Of a stretch of 64,000 nucleotides of DNA, positions 1-10,880 are shown piece after piece; the stretch's first letter is position 1, and each line of letters starts with the position of its first letter. Made by a program: the position numbers and the translations under genes. This DNA comes from Okamejei kenojei. Lineage: Eukaryota. The stretch spans positions 25,358,001 to 25,422,000 of the forward strand of contig CM069162.1 in NCBI GenBank assembly GCA_035221665.1. The letters run 5' to 3'. Under the pieces are notes generated by a model. It made no database searches, was not told the origin of the DNA, and saw only the letters and a program-made list of their open reading frames with translations.

Positions 1-269
1 GATCTGTTTGGCGGTAGCAAAACTGCACACATGGACCAGTTTTTGTCGAGGGATGATTGATTACGACCGCCATAATCCACCTCTCAAAGCCACATCATCA
101 CCACAAGGTTTATGCTGTCCAACTGCCTGCTATCCGACTATAGAAGCACCACAACAAACCTGACTGTGATTCTGCCCATAGGCCTAATCCGAGAGGATCG
201 ATGACAACACCTCTACGAGCAATAATCAGCTCAGTCTAATCGCATGACCTGACTTTTCCCACCACTGAC

Positions 270-820
270 TCCATCAACAATTCACAGCTGGCGCTCAAAT
301 CTGCCACGACGTGTCCCATCCCTGGTCATTCCTTCTCTCCTGGACCTGTCTGGCCAGAAGGTGTGCAGAAGCCTTAAAAGTGCACACTCACCTGACTCAG
401 GAACCAGCCCTTTCTCCTCTGTTATCAGCCTTCAGCATGGTCCATTCATAATGTGTCGGAAGGAACTGCAATGCTGTTTACACTGTTAGAAGACCCGAAT
501 CCTTCTATCAGAGCGTCTGCTGCCTGTTCCTCTGATTTACTCCAGCATTTTGCCACTAGCTTTGCCGATACGATAAGCTCGGGTTCTGTGCGATTCCCCA
601 CAAGCTCCATTGCGGACATTGGAACATTATCTCTATCTATGAAACTGGTGCGCTTACGATGCTTGAGAACTATATCCGCGCACTCTGTGTTCCCTTCCCT
701 CTTTAGTCCATCTATTGAACATGACTTTGAGTTGATTGCACGGATCTGCAGTATATCTGATTCCCTTGGATAGCAGCGACCATCGTACAACGTGACAAAA
801 AGACATCTAACCCTAAACCA
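270..820 (+). mobile_element. Rex1/Babar-type LINE 3' end and 3' UTR relic (with small Penelope-derived insert ~490-555)
   Basis: Degenerate HPGHS..P.GRR.RSLK..T..RN ORF C-terminus, followed by the recurring UTR 'ccattgcggacattgg...gagaactatat...cgtgacaa'. Confidence 0.6.
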
Positions 821-1329
821 TCCCAGCCACAGTTAGCGACGCGAGCAGGAAGGCCTTCACCTGCGAATCTCCAGGCATTTTAGTTTCAGAAGTTGAGCTG
901 ATCTAAGCTCGGTGCAGGTTGGGATGTCGCAGCATCAGTGTGGTTGGACTAAGGAAGGTGAGTCTCCAGCAAAGGCAACCGGGGCTGTGAAATCCGGTTC
1001 CCCTTTTTATAATTTCACAGTTTGAGCCCTAGAGAGGGTTAATGTCAGAACCGTGCTTTCTCGGCGGGTGACGGAAATTTAAAATCCATTCAGGGGACTG
1101 GTTCAGGGAAGCAGCTGTCGAAGGCCAGTCCCGACCTGTGGACATCGCTGAGCGAGGCTAGTAACCACGCGGCGCACATCACCGTGAGTCGCTGCAGGCT
1201 TCCCCGCGCCTCAGCGATGGGCGATGGGCAGGCCGGGCTCCCGACCTGATCTTTGCTGTGGAGTGTTGCACGACACTTGTAACGTTGTTACCGCATTGGT
1301 GATGCGAATATATCCGGACCTCCAACAAG

Positions 1330-1743
1330 TTTAAGAGATACAGCATGGAAACAGGCCCCTTCGCCCACCGAGCCACAGACACTAGTTCTATCCTGCCATG
1401 ACACAGTGAACCATTTCTGGGGCAATTATAACTTACAACCTGCACGTCTTTGGAGTGTGGGAGGAAACCTGAAACCCGCCAAAACAAACCCGAGACCCGG
1501 AGGAAACCACATAGTCACCGGGAGAATGTGCAAACTCCGGGTTTGAAGAAGGGTCCCGATCCGAAACGTCACCATGACCTTTCTTCTTCAGAGATGCGCC
1601 TGACCCTCAGAGTTACTGCAGCACTGTGTGTCTATCTTCACTTTAGACCCGCATCTACGCCAGTCCCTTCTTACGCAAGCACCCTAAGTCAGATCGAACC
1701 CGGGTTTACTGCGCTGTAAGGCAGCGTGTCTACCGCTGCGCAC
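1330..1743 (-). mobile_element. tRNA-derived V-SINE (HE1-like) interrupted by a Penelope-derived repeat at ~1540-1675
   Basis: Minus strand has A-box-like GTGCGCAGCGGTAG, B-box CCGGGTTCGATC, V-domain GGAGTTTGCACATTCTCCCGGTGAC..GGTTTCCTCC and a LINE-derived tail. Confidence 0.8.
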
Positions 1744-2294
1744 AACCCCTTGCCCAAAGTGAATGCAGTGCTTGCAGCAGCCTCGCCACCAGCCTCCCAC
1801 CGCGGCTTGCCAGGGGGGGAATAAGGTGGGCATGGCTTGAATGACAAAAGCTCTGTGGTTGCGAGATATTTATGAAGACACCACATGGTTCTTTCTAGTT
1901 GGGCACCCATTCCGTCCACAGGCCGCGCTCTCTGGATAATGCTAGTGACTTGATGCCTCCTGGTTTTGAGCGGCACTGCCAGCGCCCCCCGCGGCTCCTC
2001 TGCCCGGCGTCGTGCTGTGTGCGAGTGCAGCGTGGATCTAGTGCTCGATCCTGCTCCCCACCCCCCTCGCACACACGCACGCACGCTATCCCCAAGAGGA
2101 GGCCCCGGGTTAATGAGCAACAGCGACAACCTTGGTCTGCTTCCCCCTCCCTAACTCGGGGGCTCCTCAACTGCTGCCCCTCTGTCAGAGATAAATCTAA
2201 TTAAACAACTGATTGCACGTCAAGCTTCCCCCCCTCGCAGTGACTCCCGATTTAATGCATCACTCGGCGCTACCCTGGTACAACCTACCCAGCA

Positions 2295-2430
2295 TTTCTG
2301 AAGAAGTGGTCTCGACCCGAAACGTCACCCGATCCTTCTCTCCAGAGATGCTGCCTGTCCCGCTGAGTTACTCCAGCTTTGTGTGTCTACCTTCAGTTTA
2401 AAATCAGCACGCTGCAGTTCCTTCTTACAC
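2295..2430 (+). mobile_element. Penelope-derived short repeat (solo pLTR-like) with hammerhead core
   Basis: CTGAAGA...GAAACGTC at 2298-2326, then gatgctgcctgtcccgctgagttactccagc. Exact 12-bp TSD ACCTACCCAGCA (2283-2294, 2431-2442). Confidence 0.8.
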
Positions 2431-3589
2431 ACCTACCCAGCAACCTGATGTGGCCAAACCCTGCACTGCCATTGGAAGGTTTTAAATAAAACCGCAATGC
2501 TGGAAATCTGAAATAAAAGCTCAAAAAAACGCACAAGTCTTGCAGCATCTGTGGAAGGAGAGACGGTCCAAAGTTTTGCGTCCTGTGGCTCTTGTCAGAA
2601 CATTGCACTGAAACGCTTTACTGCATCTTAACCCTCAGTGTGATGGCCTGATATAGGCGACCAACCTCTGCCTCAACTCTCGCTCGCATCCAACGGGGTG
2701 TGTTGCCTCCCTCTCCACAAAACAAGGGGGCTTTGCAGAACCGAAGACACGAGGAAATGCGGATGCAGGCTACCTACAGCAAAAACACAAAACGGTGGAG
2801 GCATATGTGGAAGGAAAAATAGACCCGCGTAATCCCGTCCATCCCCATCCCCCACAGACGCTGCCCGAGGCGCTGTGCTCTCAGATACTTGGTAATAACG
2901 TTACATAACTCGCTGCGGGGATGTCGCGCGGGGATGACTCGCTGCTCTTGCTCTTGCTCTTTGGCGCTGCCGGCGCTATTTTATTTTGCGCTTTGCTTTT
3001 GCTCCCCTCTTGCTGCCTTTGGCTTGCCATTGGGACTGGGACCATATCCAGGCCAGACCAGGTAAGAACATTAGCTGGATGAATTCAAATCGTGCCATGC
3101 CAATGAGAGATTTCTGAATAGGAGATATGGAATCTCATCCCATGTCGGGAGTGCAGTGGCAGTGACTTCAGGGCCCGGAAAGTTCAGCAGAAATGGCCCA
3201 ACATCTAATGGATTGTTGCAACACAACAAAAATAAATACATCGGGGTTTCACCACTATCTTCTGGGAATGCAATATCGATTAAGGTCCATTTGTGAGTTC
3301 AGAAACTGGTTGATTTAAACTCTCTCTGAGGCAAGCCAGCATAACATGCAGGTCCATGCCTATGTCTGGTGTAAAGGGAAGCTGCGCACTGCCGGTGCGG
3401 AGCCCGCCAGCCTGGGCGGGGATGTAACTGCGGCCGCGGTGCCCTCCTGTGTAAAGTGGCAGGCAGCTCCCAGTGTCCCGAGCAGGGGTCAGGCGGGCCG
3501 AGGGGCTGCGGAGGGAAATCGCTGTCACAGCCCCCTCTCTATCCCAGCTTCAAGATGCCCTAAGCCTCCCAACATCTGCCCACAATACC

Positions 3590-3852
3590 TTCTCTCACAC
3601 ACAAGCCTAACACACGCACAGCCTGACACACACACACAAAACAGACGCACACACACATATACAACAGCCCCCCCCCCCCCCCCACGCACACACACACACA
3701 CAGCGACATACCCCACAGATACACACAAACAAGCGCACATACGTATACAATAGCCCCCACACGCTCACACAGCGACATACCCCACAGATACACACATACG
3801 TATACACATACCCCACTCACAGATATACACACACACAACAGGCACACACACA
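3590..3852. repeat. CA-rich compound microsatellite
   Basis: (CA)n runs, poly-C and repeated 'cacagcgacataccccacagatacacac'. Confidence 0.9.
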
Positions 3853-3864
3853 GTGCCCGATAAT

Positions 3865-3992
3865 GAATATGCAGGGATGAAGGGATATGGACCACGTGCA
3901 GGCAGATAAAATTAGTTTTTTATTTGGTATGTATGGCACGGATATGATGGGCAGAAGGGCCTGTTCCTGCGCTGGACTATTTTGCGTTCTAA
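3865..3992 (+). mobile_element. CR1-type LINE 3' tail fragment
   Basis: 'gatatgg..cacgtgcaggcag...gaagggcctgttcctgcgctg' tail, also seen reversed at ~29098-29242 and ~31700-31810. Confidence 0.6.
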
Positions 3993-4044
3993 CCTGGCAC
4001 TGTTCTGCTCCGGAGTAGGGTACGACCCGAAGCGTCACCTGTAT

Positions 4045-4205
4045 TCAAGAGAGTTAGATATAACTATCAGGGCTAACGGAATAAAAGGATACGCGGAGAA
4101 AGCAGGAACGGGGTACTGATTTTGGATGGTCACCCATGATCAAATTGAATGGTGGTGCTGGTTCGAAGGGCCGAATGCCTACTCCTGCACCTATTTTCTA
4201 TGTTC
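4045..4205 (+). mobile_element. CR1 LINE 3' end nested in a Penelope-derived repeat (4011-4250)
   Basis: FKR.LD..RANGIKGY-like ORF end, and 3' UTR 'gaatggtggtgctggttcgaagggccgaatg..cctactcctgcacctattttctatgtt'. Confidence 0.8.
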
Positions 4206-5953
4206 CTTTATTTCCCGGAGATGCTGCCTGACCTGCTGAGTTCCTCCAACATTCAAGAGTCAAGGAGTGTACATTGTGTTACGTCCCAAACAGCTGCATT
4301 TCTTACTTGTGGATGCACAACAGAATATGTAAACATAGTATTCTGTAAACAATACAATAAAGGATAAAGTTCCGTATCTACTACACATAAAAACAAACAA
4401 TATTGCAAAAAGACTAAACCAATGCCCCCAAGTGTGTGTCTATCTTTGTAAATACCAGCATGTGTAGTTTCTTACTACAATGTTCTGCTCTGGCCCGGCT
4501 GCCAGCCTAAAGGATCCCGGCACAAAACGCCATCTATCCATTTTCTCGTGAGTTTTCTCGTTACTCCAGCACTTTGTGCATTTTTATTTTGTAAACTGGC
4601 ATATGCAATTCCTTGTGTCTACAACCAGGCAAAACTGTCGCGACACACAATGAACGTAGATGCTGGGATCTGGATGTAGGACGGAACTGCAGATGGTGGT
4701 TTCAAACGCAGACAACGCTGGAGGAACTCCGCGGGTCGGGCAGCGTCTGCGGAGGGAATGGGCGGACAGGCGACCCTTCCTCAGCTGCGGCTGAACACAA
4801 CCCCGTGTCTCTGCCACGTCCTCACGCTGATGTCAGGGTGGCCGGAGGAAGTCACATGAAACGATGTAGGAGAAGCAGGGACTGGAATCGGAAGGATAAG
4901 GAGCAAATATACAAGCAAAGACGTTTCAGCGGCGTAAAAATGTAAACGGCCGTCAAATTCAATTTGGTGGCGGCGAGAGCCGGTAAACATTATTTGCAGG
5001 TGTGATGCGGGCTGCGAGAGTGGAAAGATTGCAGCTTTGTGATGCAGTCTACCGTGAGCTAATGTGTAAATTAGTGAGTAAAGTCAAGCAGTCAGGGCAC
5101 ATTCTCCAATAATAAATCCCAAACAAGCCCTAGAGTCATATTAGAGGAGCGTATACGCACAAGGAGGTTTGGATTACGGAGCGACGGATCTCGCTAGATT
5201 GGGGTGGAGGGGGGAGGTGCGGGGGTTGGCAATTGGGACCCAGGTACGGCGCGAATCGGCAGTCTGCTGTGGTTTAATTAAATAAGGAGTTAAGGGATTA
5301 GGTGGAACTTGTCATTAAAATCCATTCAGGACGAGGCGACGGTGTTTTACTTTCGAGAGGGAGATGCGGCTGGTTGGATTCATGAGGCTGCATTAATGAA
5401 ATCAGATTGTACCACAGCCCCTTGTAGCAGCGTCGCGGCTGGTTTTGTTTTCTGGGAATGACTGGATCAGCGCTGCCCTTCGCTTGGCCTGGCGTATCAA
5501 GAGGACCCAATCATCCTCTCTCCCCCGCTCTCCCCCGAGAGAGTGGCTCTCGGTTCTCACAGTCTGAGACGGTGGGTCTGGGAGAGTGGTGTCGGGTCTG
5601 TGTGACCGTGGCCGAGGCTCGGTAGCAGAGGCGACCCCCGCCTTCCCCTGACCGACCATCGCCGCGTCAGGACTGGACACTGGGCCCGTGTTGTTGGGAG
5701 CAGAGGGCAGTGACTCCAGCGACATTGGGCCCGGCACGGTCTGGGAAATTCGGCTCAATTATGGGGAGAAGGCAGAAGAATGGGGTTAGGAAGGAGAGAT
5801 AGATCAGCCATGATCTGATGGCCGAACGGCCTAATTCTGCTCCTATCACTTTGAATTTATGAAACGGGAGGCAACACCTCAACCCTCGTGTTTCCTCTGC
5901 AGGACCGTCAATCCCATTGATCCCAGTCCATCATGTTGGGTAAACGATGTAAG

Positions 5954-5954
<1 letters not shown>

Positions 5955-5995
<41 letters not shown>
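5955..5995. repeat. (GT)n microsatellite
   Basis: Direct reading. Confidence 0.95.
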
Positions 5996-5996
<1 letters not shown>

Positions 5997-6193
5997 GAAT
6001 GTCGAAAATGAAGGGAAAAATACGATGAATGAAAACCTATAACAAATATCTAAACGGTCATGAGATTATGGAAGGGTTGGGTCTTAGAGTCATAAAGCTA
6101 TGCAGCACGATAAAAGGCCCTTCGGCCCATTTAGTCCATGCCGACCAAGTTGGCATACAGGGCTGCAGTGAAGAAGTTACAATCCAGGTAGAT

Positions 6194-6248
6194 GGGGTGG
6201 GAGATTTGCAACCTTCACGTGGTCCGCCCTGTTTCAACAAATGCAATC
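6194..6248 (+). ncRNA. Minimal HDV-like (CPEB3-type) self-cleaving ribozyme, copy 1
   Basis: Nested double pseudoknot read directly: P1 GGGGUGG(6194-6200)/CCGCCCU(6224-6230) with G1-U wobble; P2 GAU(U)UGCA(6203-6210)/UGCAAUC(6242-6248); P3 ACC/GGU around L3 UUCACGU(6214-6220); G at 6231 for P1.1; tiny P4 stub; J4/2 CAAA with candidate catalytic C at 6238. Confidence 0.8.
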
Positions 6249-6338
6249 AACCCGGCGTGCTCAATCAAATAAGATCAAATAGAACAAGTTGTCCGACAAC
6301 TTTAGGCTATGCACGCCATACGCAAGAAGAAGAAGAAG
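6194..6338 (+). mobile_element. Ribozyme-headed short retroposon (SINE-like), copy 1
   Basis: Starts at ribozyme G1 and ends in a (GAA)n tail at 6324-6338. Imperfect direct repeat CAGGTAGAT (6185-6193) / CAGGTAAT (6340-6347). Homologous to 19626-19736. Confidence 0.8.
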
Positions 6339-6349
6339 GCAGGTAATGG

Positions 6350-7795
6350 CATGCATGAGCCAAATTAGTGTGCAAAGGAGAAGAGAACAGTGTGCAGAAT
6401 ACAGTGTTACAGCTAGAGAAATTGCAAATTTAAAAAAAATGCAGGAGCTACACAAGGTAGATTGGAAGATCAGGAATTAATTCCTAACTTATGATAGATA
6501 TAACTTATTCCTAACATGAAAGAATAGCCTGACAACAGCAGGCAAAAGGGGTCAAGGATAGAGCTATCACAACGCAGTCCTGAATCCACCAATCTTTCCA
6601 CCATTACGCACAAGAAGCCATTGCCTGCAGATGCCAAGACGTGTGTTCAGCTCTGGCTGAACAATTTCTAATCTTGTGATGTGGACTCGATAAGAAGAAA
6701 AATCAGGCAAAAAGCTGTTCTTGAATGCGGTGGTACATGCTTTCAACCTTTTGTATCTTCTGTCTGAAGGCAGAGAGAATAGGGAATGACTCCTCCTCGA
6801 TTATGTGAGTGCTCCTTGATTATGTTAGCTACTTTCCTGAGGCAGTGTAAAGTTAAGATGGAGTCCATGGGGTGGGGGAAAGAGGGGTGGACTAGGCTGC
6901 ATCCAGGACTCTGCAGTTTCTTGCGATCTTGCGCCAAGCCCTGATGCACCACACAGGATGCTTTCAATGGTGCATATGTAGAAAGTTGTGTCATTGGAGA
7001 TATGCCTGAATTTCCTTACCTTTTGAGCAAGTCGAGGCATTAGTGAGGTTTCTTGGACATAGTGGTTAATGTATTTGAGCCAGGACAAATTGTTAGTATT
7101 TACACCTCGGAACCTGAAGCTCATGACCATATCCACTTTAGCACCACTGAAAGAGACTGGGGCGTGTACCCCACCGTATCCTCCCACCGTTGGTGATCAG
7201 CTTCTTTGTTTTGCTGATGTTGAGGGGGAGGTTGTTGTCTGGATACCCTGCTCTTAATCTCTCAATCCCCTTCCCGTACCCAGTCTCACCATTGTTTGAG
7301 ACTTGGGCCCACTACAGAGTGTCATCTGCAAAACTTGTAGCTCAAGTTAGAGCAGAAGTTGGCCCACACCGTCGTGCGTAACTAGGGAGTGTAGCAAGGG
7401 TTTGAGAAAGCAGCTTTTACAGAGGTCCGGTGTTGAGAATAATTGTGGAAGATGTTTTGTCCCCAATTCTTATTGAGTTCGGACCCAACCCGGATTACAG
7501 GTACCGACAGTCAACAAATCACCCTCCTGATTACGGTCTATGGGTCAGAAAGTCGATCCAATTGCAGGAGGGGGTTCTGAGTCCGAAGTCCAGTTTGGAG
7601 ATGAGTTTGGTTAGAATTATGGTGTTGAAGGTGGAGCTATGGTCAATAAATATGAGTCTAATGTAGGTGACTTTGTTATCCAGATGTTCCAGAGATGAGT
7701 TTAGGGTCAGAGAGCTGGCATCTGCAATGGACCTGTTGCAGCAGACGGCAAATTGAGGCTGGAGTTAATGTGTGCCATTACCAGACTGTTCGGGA
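6350..7795 (-). mobile_element. Degenerate Rex1/Babar-type LINE (RT C-terminal half plus 3' UTR)
   Basis: Reverse strand has frameshifted YKFADD (~7320-7340), FRFRGVNTNNLSW, CLRKVANIIKEHSH and a PS.RRYKRLKA.TTAFKNSF terminus; many stops. Confidence 0.75.
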
Positions 7796-8309
7796 TACTT
7801 CCACCTAGTGCAGGGAGAGGAGAAACATCAAGCAAATCCCCGCTCCGTGAAACCCTGCAGAACCCGCCAATGTATGGAGATAAGGTGGTGATGGTACAAA
7901 GCCCCTCGTGCTTGACTATCTGCACTGAATGGAAGGGTTTATGTATGAAAAAATAAACCCTGTGCCCTAGGAACTGGAGGGTGACAAATGCCTTGGTGAG
8001 GATGTGGACAAAAGTGGTGAATAAAACTTATAAAATTAAAGCAAAGGAGAAAGGAGATTAAGGAGGAGCAGAGGGAACTGATCTTTTTACCCAAATGCCA
8101 CAGTCTGTGTAGCAACAGATGCAATGAGCATCAAACCCAGCCACTCTCTGCTTTCACACCCGCAAGCTGGGGTGTGACCTTGCAGTCGGCCGAGATCTGG
8201 TGGGGCCTCAGCCAGCATCTCCCTACATCTGTGAAGTCTATTATAGGCTCTCATTGCACGTTCATTGGCAGCCACAGGGACCTGCTGAGGAATCTGTGTG
8301 AGTGGCTGG

Positions 8310-8870
8310 GCAGAGAGAGAGAGAGAGAGAGAGAGATAAAGCAAGCGAGATAACAAGAGAGAGAACGAAAGAGATCAACTGGAGAAGAAAAAGGTGGAAG
8401 AGAGTTACTGTGATAGATACTGGATAAGTGAGGATAACAGGCATAGAAATCTAGAGAGATCGATAAGGAGAGAGAGAAAAAGACAGATAAAGCAAGAGAG
8501 ATCGACAGGAGCAGAGAGAAAAGAGCAAGAGTGACAGAGACAAACACTAGCAAAGAGAGGGTAGCACACATATGTATCTAGAGAGATCGACGAAGAGGAG
8601 GGAGAGCGAAAGGGATGCTAAGTAGAGAGAGAGACAGAGAGGGAGAGAGAGAGAGAAAGGGAAAGGGAAAGGGAAAAGACAGATTATGGCCAGAGAGATG
8701 CACAGACAAACACAATGAGAGGCAAACAAAACAAACAGGAGATAGAGAGAGAAAGGAAGTGTGGGGGGAAAAAATAGGAAGAAATAGAGAGAGGGAGAAT
8801 GAGAAAGGGAAAATAAAGATACGCAAATAACTAAAAACAGTGAGGAAGGAATAAATGAAGAGAGCGAGTC
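8310..8870. repeat. GA-rich low-complexity tract
   Basis: (GA)n and purine-rich runs; these explain the L/S-rich ORFs. Confidence 0.9.
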
Positions 8871-10629
8871 CGTGTCTGAGAGGAATGCGAGGACTGACGC
8901 ACATTCTGCAGTTCACTGCTTTATTGTCTGCCTGATTAAGCAAAACAATAGAGAGATAAAACTTTTTTTTATGAATTTCAGTGTATTAACCCTCACACAA
9001 ACTCTCAGAAACAAGTGGAATTCCAGGGCCTCACTTGGTGCGGTAAAAATTGCTTCACAAACTGTCGTACTTTTAAAGTTTCAGAAACAGTATAAATTAT
9101 TTATTTTTTCAGCCCAAGTGAATGAAAACCCTCTCCTCTTTTATTTTTTCGTTGATAATAGTTCCTTTTGAAGGATGGGGAATCTCGGCCTTCAACTGAG
9201 CAGTTGGGCCTCCTCCCTTTTAGCACACAAAAACCTGGCACCATTTGGCTTTTAATAGCTCTTGTCATGTGTGCTGTGTGCACTCTGATTTTTTTGTCTC
9301 ACCTAGGACAAAACAGAGGCCCATGGACCCTTTCAGCACTCTGCAGCCCGCACCTTAGGGGTCCATTAGTGAGTGAATACAGCACTGACAAACCCGTGCA
9401 GCCCAATGTGATATCTATAAACGCTGACATATTTACTCGATGTGCAGCACTGTGAAGGAAGGTGCTGCCTGAATATTAAAACATTAAGCAGCGGGGGGTG
9501 GGATCACAGGGTCTCGGGCTGTTTCAGGCATAACAAAGGTACCTGCTCTTCAGGCCTAGTGGCTAAGACAGGCTGTCATTATGACTGGCCCTTTTCACAC
9601 TTCTAGCCTCTCCATTGATTTTTTTTTTGGATGGGAGGGAGGTGGAGAAAGTTTAAATTGAGGCTGTGAACTTATTTTTCTGCACTGATAAGCAGGCTTC
9701 GGCTTTTAACCATTTCTTGCCTGGGGCAACTTTGGGACCAGAACTAAGCAGATGCAGGCCTCTCAAGCCGGGTACGGATCAGTTTGGCAGAGACAGTGGT
9801 GTGAGTAGGTCAGAGTAAATGTCTCCAAACTCTGCTCCCTCCCCACTCAGATGCTCTCTACCCTCACTCAGCCCCTCCCTCACTATCATGGACAAGTCAT
9901 CCCAAATGCCAGGAGTCAAAGGGTTAATGGTTTAATAGTTTGCAGGCTTACTCCAGGACAGTTCGAAGAATGTACTTTACATGGATATTCCGACCTCCAA
10001 TTCTCACCAACCCCCCTCTTACCCCCGGCCGTAGCACCTGTGGACTGTGACTTGTTTCAAAGCCTTCCCTCACCCTCAGCATCATCCCAGCTGAGACTTT
10101 GTATAGAATCTGAGGAAAGTTATTTACACTGAGCGTGTCACAGGATTAAAGTCTCAACTCCATCCTCTCATATTCTGACCAGGGGAAGTGGAGCTGTGCC
10201 ACTCAGCCCGTCGTAGAGTTACATAGCATGGGAACAGGTCTTTCGGCCCAACTCGTTCATGCTGACTGAGATACCTATCTACGTTAATCCTGTTTGCCTG
10301 CGTTTGGCCAATATCCCTCTATCCCTTTCCTATCCAGCTACTATCAGGTCTGGGGCTGTGACTGCTCCAAATAATTCTGGCCAACGTTAGCTCATCCCAC
10401 GTTTTTCTGCCTGATGGATTTGTCTTGATTTCCTTTCAATATATCTCTGCTATGCACCTCAAACATACCCAATGATGGCGAACGTTACGTTCATGTTGGC
10501 ACTCTCTGGCAATCCCTTTCGGATGTTTCTCACTGTCAGACATATACGGCCCTTTTGGATACACCCACAACTGGAAATATCCTCTCCATCTTCACAGAAC
10601 TTTTAAAACCTATCAATATATTTTGATGA

Positions 10630-10880
10630 TATTAAGCTAGGGTACTGTCCAATTCACCTCTACCTCACTGCGGAGAGATGAATTTGTCTCTGGAACGGTT
10701 ATGCTATAATGCTGAGCACTACATGCTGCACTCTGTATCTCTCCCTGTATCTACCTACTATACTTGTATTTGGCATGATATCTACATATTATTATCTGAT
10801 TTTATTGAATAGCACACAAAACAAAGCTTTTCACTGCACCTCAGTACACATGATCATACTAAATCTAAAGCTAAACCTTA
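10630..10880 (+). mobile_element. Rex1/Babar-type 3' UTR repeat
   Basis: Same UTR as at 560-820, 35160-35362, 46075-46190 and reversed 39860-40075; ends 'aaagcttttcactgcacctcagtacacatga..ctaaa'. Confidence 0.65.

Noticed and set aside
1690-1743. tRNA-like A/B boxes as a tRNA gene
   Set aside because: This is the head of a V-SINE; no cloverleaf or anticodon arm can be built.
1976-1998. Possible CTCF site (CCGCGGGGGGCGCTG on the minus strand)
   Set aside because: Spacing is one base off the consensus and the conserved A is missing; too weak to call.
3889-3900. GGACCACGTG resembling a third ribozyme-SINE copy
   Set aside because: The flanks belong to a CR1-type tail; the P1/P2 strands are absent.
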